Source: Candidatus Foliamicus sp.
GTDB lineage: Bacteria > Pseudomonadota > Gammaproteobacteria > Steroidobacterales > Foliamicaceae
DNA: 64,000 nucleotides
Direction: 5' to 3'
Assembly: GCA_965238055.1 (NCBI GenBank)
Contig: OZ250178.1
Coordinates: forward strand, 3,304,874-3,368,873
Position 1 is the stretch's first letter. Each line of letters begins with the position of its first letter. A program made the position numbers and the translations under genes. Positions 54,754 through 64,000 of the stretch are shown here, piece by piece. The notes beneath the pieces were generated by a model. It searched no databases and was not told the DNA's origin. It worked only from the letters and a program-made list of their open reading frames with translations.

Positions 54754-56161
54754 TTGCCTGGATACCGGGGCCTTCCGCCGTCACGCACACGAAGTGGCAG
54801 ACTGGATCGCCGACTATTTCGAGAACGTGGAGCAATACCCGGTGCGCTCGCAGGCTGAGCCTGGCGATCTCCTTGCTGCCCTGCCGAAGAGCGCACCGGA
54901 GCAGGCCGAACCGATGGGGCGCATCCTGGAGGACTTCCGGCGACTGATCCCGCCGGGCATGACGCACTGGCAGCATCCCTCCTTCTTCGCGTTCTTTCCG
55001 GCCAATTCCAGCCCGCCCTCGGTGCTGGCCGAGATGCTGACGGCCGGAATGGCGGCGCAGTGCATGTTGTGGGAAACCTCTCCGGCCGCCAACGAACTGG
55101 AAGCCCGCATGATGGACTGGCTTCAGGAGATGCTGGGGCTGCCGGCTGGCTGGCGCGGCGTGATCCAGGATTCCGCCTCCGGCGCAACCGTCTGCGCAAT
55201 GCTCGCGGCTCGGGAGAGAGCAAGGAAGTCGGCAAGTCTCGAGAAGCAGGCCTTCTATACCTCCGCGGAAGCCAATTCCTCGGTCCACAAGGGTGCACGG
55301 ATCGCCGGCTTCAGGCTGGATCGCATTCGCAGCATCGAGACCGGCGCGCAGCAGCAGATGCAAGCCGCCGCCCTGGCCCAGGCAATTCAGGCCGACCGCC
55401 AGGCAGGCCTGACACCGGCTTGCGTGGTCATCACGCTCGGCACCACCGGCACCGGCGCCATGGACCCGCTGGCGGAGATCGGCGAAATCTGCCGGCGGGA
55501 GGACATCTATCTCCACGTGGACGCCGCCTGGGCCGGCAGCGCCCTGATGTTGCCGGAATACCGCCACCTGATGGAGGGCATGGAGCAGGCCGATTCCTTC
55601 GTGTTCAATCCCCACAAGTGGATGTTCACCAATTTCGACTGTTCCGCGCACTTTCTCAAGGACCCGGAATCGCTGCAGCGGTCGTTGTCGATCAACCCCG
55701 TTTATCTCAAGAACACCAGCGTTGAGCAGATCACCGAATATCGGGATTTCGGGATTTCGCTCGGCCGGCGCTTTCGCGCTCTCAAGCTCTGGTTCGTGAT
55801 TCGGGCATTCGGCGCCGAAGGGCTACGGGGAAAAATCCGTTCGCATATCCGGTGGGCCCGGGACCTCGCGCAGGAAATCGAGGCCTCGCAGGACTTCGAA
55901 CTGGTGACCGGCCCCAACCTGGCGCTTTTGACCTGGCGCTACGCACCACGCGGAGTCGCACCCGACCTGGCGGACGACCTCAACGAGCGTCTGATTCAGG
56001 CCATAAACGACGACGGAAGAATCTACCTGACACGGGGTTCCGTGGACGGCCGTTTGGTCATACGCTTTTCCATCGGCCAGACCAGGACAGAAGAAAGACA
56101 CGTGAAGAAAGCCTGGACAATCATTCAGGAAATCTCTACAACCTTCTCGTCCATGTCATGA
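54746..56161 (+). CDS. Pyridoxal-dependent aromatic-L-amino-acid decarboxylase (group II)
   Basis: 471 aa with 'MTHWQHPSFFAFFPANSS' and 'SFVFNPHKWMFTNFDCS' (the PLP-Lys 'NPHK'). Confidence 0.9.
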   Translation: MTDCLDTGAFRRHAHEVADWIADYFENVEQYPVRSQAEPGDLLAALPKSAPEQAEPMGRILEDFRRLIPPGMTHWQHPSFFAFFPANSSPPSVLAEMLTAGMAAQCMLWETSPAANELEARMMDWLQEMLGLPAGWRGVIQDSASGATVCAMLAARERARKSASLEKQAFYTSAEANSSVHKGARIAGFRLDRIRSIETGAQQQMQAAALAQAIQADRQAGLTPACVVITLGTTGTGAMDPLAEIGEICRREDIYLHVDAAWAGSALMLPEYRHLMEGMEQADSFVFNPHKWMFTNFDCSAHFLKDPESLQRSLSINPVYLKNTSVEQITEYRDFGISLGRRFRALKLWFVIRAFGAEGLRGKIRSHIRWARDLAQEIEASQDFELVTGPNLALLTWRYAPRGVAPDLADDLNERLIQAINDDGRIYLTRGSVDGRLVIRFSIGQTRTEERHVKKAWTIIQEISTTFSSMS

Positions 56162-56246
56162 CGCCAAGCGCGGGGCGTTTTCAACACAAAATTAGTCCGA
56201 CAACTAAATTTAGTTTTCCAACTAACGACGACTAAAATTACCCAAA

Positions 56247-56268
56247 GCGGCTGCATTGAAGCAGCCGC
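56247..56268 (+). terminator. Hairpin downstream of the decarboxylase
   Basis: GCGGCTGC-attgaa-GCAGCCGC, with no strong T-tract. Confidence 0.35.
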
Positions 56269-56330
56269 ATTGTCGGCCGCTCTTACGCTCGTGGGCGTAC
56301 TTTAGAGTCGGTATCCATTTCAGGGCGTTT

Positions 56331-57305
56331 CTACAACGTATTGACCCTGAGACTAAGGCTGAAGCGCGCCGGGTCCATACCCATGTGACGGATTACGCAT
56401 TCCGTATTCTTGACCATCGTCATACTGCTGCCGTGGGTTGAAATATGAAAAGAACCGACCTGCGCGGGAATGGTAAATCCTTTGCCCGAAGGATGAAAAG
56501 GTTTAATGTCTACCAAAGATCTCTTGGTAGCTCCAGGGAGAGAGATCGGACATGAATGCTCTTTCAAATGGCCGTTCTGAGCGAGCCAGCGCACTGTCTC
56601 GCGTAGCAAGTGCCACCAATACTGTATTTCCACCGTTGACTCGTCGGGAAAATGAATGGCTAGGAGACGAACCTTCTCCCCGTTCTTCATCTTCCTGATC
56701 AGGACAGGCAACGACGTGAATCCTTCATCGTCACCCCTTTTTGAAGCCGCAGGCGGAAGCGGTTCATTTTGCTCAGCACGCGACTGCGGCTGATTGACGG
56801 CCCTGGAAAGCTGCGGTGCGGACTGCAAGCGCTTCTCTATAACGCCGGGGCGCCAAAGCGCGAGCGCGTTCCGGCAAGCTTCGGAAATAGATCTCCGCAG
56901 GTCAAATGAAACGATGCGTTTTTCTTCCAAGGGCACGGGCTTATGCGTTTCGTATACGTGCCAGCGCTGGCCATCTGTAACTACAAAATAAAGGACGCCT
57001 TTCTGCAATGTGTACTGAATTCCCTGCGTCGCGGCCTTTTCAAGAGGTTCGCCCAATTTCTTCGCCTCGACCATAATCACCGGCTTTCCACTGCCATCCA
57101 GCAGCGCATAGTCGGCACGTCCTCCGGTGGCCGGATATTCCGGCGCGACCATGGACGGGTCCTCCGTGTTCCAGTCCAACGCTCGCAAAAGCGGGTCTAT
57201 TAACGCATAGCGCGTAAGCGGCTCGCTCTTCCTAAGCGCATCGCGATGTTTGTCAATGCGACTACTTAGTGTATGGGCGAGTTGTAATAGGTCGTTCAGA
57301 GCCAC
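56331..57305 (-). CDS. Orphan HsdR_N-like PD-(D/E)xK nuclease-fold protein with unknown C-terminal domain
   Basis: 324 aa. 'EPLTRYALIDPLLRALDW', 'GGRADYALLDGSGKPVIMVEAKKLG' (D...EAK) and 'QGIQYTLQKGVLYFVVTDGQRWHVY' match the type I restriction-enzyme R-subunit N-terminal domain pattern. The gene looks AT-richer by eye. Confidence 0.6.
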   Translation of the reverse strand: MALNDLLQLAHTLSSRIDKHRDALRKSEPLTRYALIDPLLRALDWNTEDPSMVAPEYPATGGRADYALLDGSGKPVIMVEAKKLGEPLEKAATQGIQYTLQKGVLYFVVTDGQRWHVYETHKPVPLEEKRIVSFDLRRSISEACRNALALWRPGVIEKRLQSAPQLSRAVNQPQSRAEQNEPLPPAASKRGDDEGFTSLPVLIRKMKNGEKVRLLAIHFPDESTVEIQYWWHLLRETVRWLAQNGHLKEHSCPISLPGATKRSLVDIKPFHPSGKGFTIPAQVGSFHISTHGSSMTMVKNTECVIRHMGMDPARFSLSLRVNTL

Positions 57306-57343
57306 AGGCTAGCTAGGCAGATAAACAGGCAGGCGGGGCGGAG

Positions 57344-59263
57344 TTAGTGCTGTTCCGCCGGTTTGCTGATGTCGGCAGCGGGCGGGCGCTTGCGTTTCTT
57401 GCGCGCCTTCTTCTTCTTCTCCTGGCCCCAACCGGCAGGCGGGCTGGGCTCCTCGCCGTCCATGATTTCCTTGATCTGCACCTGCTCAAGGGTCTCGTAC
57501 TTCAAGAGCGCCTCGGCCATGGCATGCAGGATTTCCTCGTTGCTGGTGAGGATGTCCCTGGCCTGGCCGTAGGCCGCATCGATGAGCTCGCGCACTTCCT
57601 TGTCGATGGCGTGCACGGTCGCGTCGGACACCTGCTTGTGCTGGGTCACCGTGCGTCCAAGGAATACTTCCCCGTCTTCTTCGGTGTAGGTCAACGGGCC
57701 CAACCGCCTTGACAGGCCCCACTTGGTGACCATGTTGCGCGCGATTGCCGTGGCGCGTTCGATATCGTTGGCCGCGCCGGTCGTGACCGCATCTTTGCCG
57801 AACACCAGTTCCTCCGCCACCCGGCCGCCGAACAGGCTGGTGACCTGGCTGATCAGGCGTTGCCTGGAGTGGCTGTGGCGATCCACTTCCGGCAGAAACA
57901 TCGTGACGCCCAGCGCCCGGCCGCGCGGGATGATGGTGACCTTGTGCACGGGATCGTGCTCGGGCACGCTCAGGCCCACGATGGCATGCCCGGACTCGTG
58001 ATAGGCCGTCAGCTTGCGCTCCTCGGGGCTCATCACCATGGACTTGCGCTCGGTGCCCATCAGGATCTTGTCCTTGGCTTTCTCGAATTGCTCCATGGTC
58101 ACCGAACGGTCCCCTGTTCGTCCGGCCAGCAAGGCCGCTTCGTTGACCAGGTTGGCGAGATCGGCGCCCGAGAACCCGGGCGTGCCGCGCGCCAGGGTGC
58201 TGGCGGAAACACCGTCGTGTACCGGAACCTTGCGCATATGGACCTTCAGGATCAATTCGCGTCCGCGAATGTCCGGCAGCGGCACCACCACCTGCCGGTC
58301 GAAACGCCCGGGACGCAGCAGCGCGGGATCCAGCACGTCCGGGCGATTGGTGGCGGCGATGACGATAGTTCCCTCGCTACCCGCGAACCCGTCCATCTCG
58401 ACCAGCAGCTGATTGAGCGTCTGTTCGCGTTCGTCGTGGCCGCCGCCCAGGCCGGCGCCGCGATGGCGTCCTACCGCGTCGATCTCGTCGATGAAGATGA
58501 TGCAGGGCGCCTGTTTCTTGGCCTGCTCGAACATGTCGCGCACCCGCGATGCGCCCACACCGACAAACATCTCAACGAAATCGGAGCCGGAAATGGTGAA
58601 GAACGGCGCCTCGGCCTCGCCCGCGATCGCGCGCGCCAGCAGGGTCTTGCCGGTTCCCGGCGGGCCTATCATCAGCACGCCCTTGGGGATCTTGCCGCCC
58701 AGGCGCTGGAACTTCGAAGGGTCCTTCAGGAATTCCACGACTTCGGCCACTTCCTCCTTGGCCTCTTCCACGCCGGCAACGTCTTCAAAGGTCACCGACG
58801 TCTGGTCCGGGTTAAGCAGGCGCGCACGGCTGCGGCCAAACGACATGGCGCCGCCCCGGCCGCCAACGCCGCCCTGCATCTGGCGCATGAAATACAGCCA
58901 GATGCCGATCAACAGCAGAAACGGCAGGAGGTTCAGCAGGAAGGAAAGCCAGGCGCTCTCGGACTTGGGCTTGGGAGAACTCACGACCGCGCCGTTCTCG
59001 GTCAGCTCCCGCACCAGCTCGGAGTTGTCCGTCGACGGCGGGCTGTAGGTTACGAATTCCTGCCCGCTGGTCTGTTGTCCCTGAATCGTGCGGTCTTCGA
59101 GGATTTCCACCTTCTCCACGCCGCCATTGCGCACCAATTCCAGGAATTGCGAGAAATTGATCTCCTCGACCTGATCGGTGCGGTCGTTCAAAGGCCGGAG
59201 CAGCATCATCAGGGCCAGTGCAATTACCAGCCACAAAAGGAGGTTCTTGGTGAACTTGTTCAT
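57344..59263 (-). CDS. ftsH: ATP-dependent zinc metalloprotease FtsH
   Basis: 639 aa with '[11 protein letters not shown]', the SRH region and the zinc motif 'HESGHA'. Confidence 0.97.
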   Translation of the reverse strand: MNKFTKNLLLWLVIALALMMLLRPLNDRTDQVEEINFSQFLELVRNGGVEKVEILEDRTIQGQQTSGQEFVTYSPPSTDNSELVRELTENGAVVSSPKPKSESAWLSFLLNLLPFLLLIGIWLYFMRQMQGGVGGRGGAMSFGRSRARLLNPDQTSVTFEDVAGVEEAKEEVAEVVEFLKDPSKFQRLGGKIPKGVLMIGPPGTGKTLLARAIAGEAEAPFFTISGSDFVEMFVGVGASRVRDMFEQAKKQAPCIIFIDEIDAVGRHRGAGLGGGHDEREQTLNQLLVEMDGFAGSEGTIVIAATNRPDVLDPALLRPGRFDRQVVVPLPDIRGRELILKVHMRKVPVHDGVSASTLARGTPGFSGADLANLVNEAALLAGRTGDRSVTMEQFEKAKDKILMGTERKSMVMSPEERKLTAYHESGHAIVGLSVPEHDPVHKVTIIPRGRALGVTMFLPEVDRHSHSRQRLISQVTSLFGGRVAEELVFGKDAVTTGAANDIERATAIARNMVTKWGLSRRLGPLTYTEEDGEVFLGRTVTQHKQVSDATVHAIDKEVRELIDAAYGQARDILTSNEEILHAMAEALLKYETLEQVQIKEIMDGEEPSPPAGWGQEKKKKARKKRKRPPAADISKPAEQH

Positions 59264-59380
59264 ACTTCGGACGCGCAGGCGTTCCTCTTTCAGCCCCCAA
59301 CCTTACACGAACAAGCGCCGGCCACGCCGGGGAATGCCCGCAGTGGATGGCGCTTCAGCATGTTCTGACGGCCCTGGGGC

Positions 59381-60040
59381 TCACTTCGGCTGCGGAACAA
59401 TGCGCAGGTAGGGCTTGGGAGCGTCCCAGCCGCCGGGGAACTTTTCCTTGGCCTGCTCGTTTGAGACCGCCGGAACGATGATCACGTTCTCGCCCCATTT
59501 CCAGTTCACCGGCGTCGCCACCTGGTGAGCCGCGGTCAACTGGCATGAATCCAGCAGCCGCAGCACCTCGTCGAAGTTGCGGCCGGTGCTCATCGGGTAG
59601 GTCAGCATCGCCTTGATCCGCTTGTCCGGCCCGATAATGAACACGGAACGCACGGTGAGGTTGTCCACCGCGGTCCGGCCTTCGGACTGATCACCCTCGG
59701 ATGCCGGCAACATGTCGTACAACTTGGCGACCATGAGGTTGGAATCGCCGATCAGCGGATAGGTAACGGCGTGTCCCTGCGTTTCTTCGATGTCCTTGAC
59801 CCATTCGCGGTGATCGCTCACCGGGTCGACGCTCAGCCCAACCACTTTGGCGTTGCGCTGCTCAAATTCCGGCATCAGCCCGGCCATGTAGCCGAGCTCG
59901 GTGGTGCATACCGGCGTGAAGTCCTTGGGGTGAGAGAACAGAATGGCCCAGCCGTCGCCGATCCAGTCGTGGAAACGAATTTCGCCTTCCGTGGTGTCGA
60001 TCGTGAAGTCCGGCGCCACATCGTTGATTCTCAAGCTCAT
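59381..60040 (-). CDS. 1-Cys peroxiredoxin (Prx6-like)
   Basis: From ATG 60040: 'MSLRINDVAPDFTIDTTEGEIRFHDWIGDGWAILFSHPKDFTPVCTTE'. Confidence 0.9.
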   Translation of the reverse strand: MSLRINDVAPDFTIDTTEGEIRFHDWIGDGWAILFSHPKDFTPVCTTELGYMAGLMPEFEQRNAKVVGLSVDPVSDHREWVKDIEETQGHAVTYPLIGDSNLMVAKLYDMLPASEGDQSEGRTAVDNLTVRSVFIIGPDKRIKAMLTYPMSTGRNFDEVLRLLDSCQLTAAHQVATPVNWKWGENVIIVPAVSNEQAKEKFPGGWDAPKPYLRIVPQPK

Positions 60041-60134
60041 CAGCCAACTCCTTGATTCTTGCGGACTGTTGTTCTCAAGCCCTGCATGGGCTGGAATTGT
60101 ACCAAAGCACACCTTCGCCGCCGCCAATTCTTGG

Positions 60135-61004
60135 TCAGGACTTGAGGGTGTTCAAGGGAATCTTCAAGTAGCGGCTGCCGTTGGATTCCGAGGCGGGCAG
60201 CCGCCCGGCCCGTATGTTGACCTGCAGGGCGTAGAACATCAGCCTTGGAGTCATCAGTCCCGCATCGCGCGCCTGGCGCCGGGCAATGTAATCGTCGCGC
60301 GAAATACCGTCACGGCAATAGATGTTCTTGAGACGCTGCTCGGCAACCGTGCTCTCCCAGGCCACCTCGCGTTTGCCGCCCACCCCGTCGTCGTGCCCGG
60401 CAAACAATCGCGTAGCCGGGTCCAGGGCCAGAATCCGCTTCAATGAATCGTAAAGAGCGGCCGCCGAACCGCCCGGGAAATCGCAACGCCCGGTCCCGGC
60501 GTCGGGCATCAGCAGCGTGTCGCCGGTAAAAGCCGTATCGCCGAAGATGTAGCAAGCGCAGGACGCCGTGTGTCCCGGCGTATGCAGGACCGTAGCCTCG
60601 ACTTCGCCTAAGGTGAACCGCTCGCCATCGGAGAACAGGTGATCGAAATCGGAACCGGCGGCGGAAAATTCGTCCTTGAGGTTGAAAACACCGGCAAAGT
60701 GCCGTTGCACGGCCACAACACCGCTGGAAATCGCCACTCGCCCTCCCAGCCGGTCCTTGACGTAGGGCGCTGCGCTCAGATGGTCCGCATGGACATGCGT
60801 TTCAATGATCCAATCCAGCGTCAGCCCGGCCTCTTCGACTGCCGCAATGACAGGTTCCACCGGCCGGTAGCTGGTCTGTCCCGACGCACGATCAAACTCG
60901 AGCACGGGATCGAGCAGCGCGGCTCGGCCGGATGCCGGGTCACTGACGAGGTAGGAAACGGAGTGGGACACGGGGTCCCAGAATACCTGGAGGGAGGGAT
61001 TCAT
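60135..61004 (-). CDS. MBL-fold metallo-hydrolase (glyoxalase II / persulfide-dioxygenase-like)
   Basis: 289 aa with 'IIETHVHADHLS' and 'TPGHT'. Confidence 0.8.
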   Translation of the reverse strand: MNPSLQVFWDPVSHSVSYLVSDPASGRAALLDPVLEFDRASGQTSYRPVEPVIAAVEEAGLTLDWIIETHVHADHLSAAPYVKDRLGGRVAISSGVVAVQRHFAGVFNLKDEFSAAGSDFDHLFSDGERFTLGEVEATVLHTPGHTASCACYIFGDTAFTGDTLLMPDAGTGRCDFPGGSAAALYDSLKRILALDPATRLFAGHDDGVGGKREVAWESTVAEQRLKNIYCRDGISRDDYIARRQARDAGLMTPRLMFYALQVNIRAGRLPASESNGSRYLKIPLNTLKS

Positions 61005-61582
61005 GCGTGCGCCACCAGGTAGGTCTCGCGGCTGGCCCGCCGGGAGGCCGCCGGCGTGCGAAGGCGCACCTTGCGAAAGCTGGCGCGAGCCTGGGCGACG
61101 AATTCCTCAAAACCCGCGCCCTGAAAAAGCTTGGTAACAAACACTCCGCCCGGCTGCAGCAAGTCAAGCGCCGCTCCAAGGGCCATTTCCGCCAGGTCCA
61201 TGGACAAGGCCTGGTCGCGGTCCCGGTTTCCACTCAGTCTGGGCGCCAGGTCTGAAATGACCGCATCGGCCGGCCCGCGCAGGGCATCACGCAGTCCCTC
61301 GAGCGTTTCGGGGTCGGTAATGTCTCCCTGAACCAGGGCAACACCCTTGAGCGGCTCCATTGGTTCGACGTCTATGGCCACCACCAATCCGCCCGGCGCC
61401 ACCTTGCGCGCGGCGTACTGGCTCCACCCGCCGGGAGCCGCGCCCAGATCAACTACCTGGCCACCGCGACTGAACAGCCGTTCCCTGCGATCCAGTTCCT
61501 GCAGCTTGTACGCAGCCCTCGACCGCCAGCCTTCGGCCTTTGCGCGCCGTGTCCAATGATCCGCCCAAGAGCCCCTCTTCAT
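61001..61582 (-). CDS. rlmE: 23S rRNA (uridine2552-2'-O)-methyltransferase
   Basis: 193 aa. 'SRAAYKLQELD' and 'VVDLGAAPGGWSQ' are typical of FtsJ/RlmE. Confidence 0.92.
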   Translation of the reverse strand: MKRGSWADHWTRRAKAEGWRSRAAYKLQELDRRERLFSRGGQVVDLGAAPGGWSQYAARKVAPGGLVVAIDVEPMEPLKGVALVQGDITDPETLEGLRDALRGPADAVISDLAPRLSGNRDRDQALSMDLAEMALGAALDLLQPGGVFVTKLFQGAGFEEFVAQARASFRKVRLRTPAASRRASRETYLVAHA

Positions 61583-61641
61583 AATAATGGTATTTCTAGA
61601 TTTTTATACGAAGATATTGATATATTGTATTAATATTCCGA

Positions 61642-62114
61642 CTATTCGTAATTCACAGCCAGAATTTCATAGCGACGCACTCCCCCCGGCGCGCTCAGTG
61701 AAATCTCGTCACCCTGGTATTTTCCGATCAGCGAACGGGCCATGGGGGACACGAAGGAGATCGCGTCTTCACGCACCCTGGCCTCATCCTCACCGACAAT
61801 CTGGTAGCTCACGCGGTTCTCACCTTCGAGGCTCTTGAGCTCCACGGTCACACCGAAAACCACACGCCCGTCGTGCGGTATGCGAGCAAGATCAATGACC
61901 CGGGCGTGCCCCAGACGGCCTTCGATATCGCGGATGCGGGCCTCCACCAGCCCCTGCTGCTCCTTGGCGGCGTGGTACTCGGCGTTCTCGCGCAAGTCGC
62001 CGTGTTCACGCGCTTCGCCGATGGCGCGCGCCAGGCTCGGACGTTCCTGGTTCTTGAGCCGCTTCAATTCCTCGCGCAGCGCGTGCTCACCGGCCCGGGT
62101 CATGGGAACCTGCG

Positions 62115-62118
<4 letters not shown>
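61642..62118 (-). CDS. greA: Transcription elongation factor GreA
   Basis: 158 aa. '[18 protein letters not shown]' and '[19 protein letters not shown]' are canonical GreA. Confidence 0.96.

Positions 62119-64000
<1,882 letters not shown>

Noticed and set aside
57860-59368. 502-aa plus-strand ORF
   Set aside because: It is antisense to ftsH.

Overview
This is a high-G+C proteobacterial chromosome segment whose core gene order looks gammaproteobacterial. The core blocks are: tRNA-Ser(GGA)/dapA with divergent gcvR-bcp-bepA; an NCS1 permease, class I aldolase and amidohydrolase; an Rrf2-sufBCDS-sufU-sufT operon; icmF; an ABC transporter plus sppA; a PQQ sugar dehydrogenase plus a TatT-type TRAP transporter; rpsP-rimM-trmD-rplS; imuA-imuB-dnaE2; an SDR/alkylsulfatase-like/O-methyltransferase group divergent from an aromatic amino-acid decarboxylase; and ftsH, peroxiredoxin, MBL hydrolase, rlmE, greA and partial carB. 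Four IS elements of four different families are interspersed (IS30, an IS4/IS5-superfamily 'ISNCY-like' element, IS1634 and an IS1202-group element). Three of them have intact target-site duplications that I could read directly. There is also a REP-like palindromic repeat family at five loci, one of them in frame inside sufU, and a 267-bp MITE-like palindrome. Several accessory islets look AT-richer by eye (composition not computed). The best candidate for an undescribed system sits at the window centre, 29.6-32.3 kb. It is a translationally coupled four-gene minus-strand operon: a 3-TM protein, a TIR-like (DUF1863/ThsB-like) protein, an ABC-type AAA ATPase and a DUF4276 (Toprim-like) protein. 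It lies beside an IS1634 element and is wedged between two diverged paralogous alpha/beta-hydrolase genes. Other notable items are a T5orf172(GIY-YIG-like) protein in the antitoxin position of a PIN toxin next to mazEF, a tRNA-adjacent islet at the left edge with a 570-codon open frame missing from the supplied ORF track, an orphan HsdR_N-like PD-(D/E)xK protein, and a ribosomal protein S16 with a long repetitive acidic tail. All family assignments come from motif recognition by eye and memory. No searches were run.
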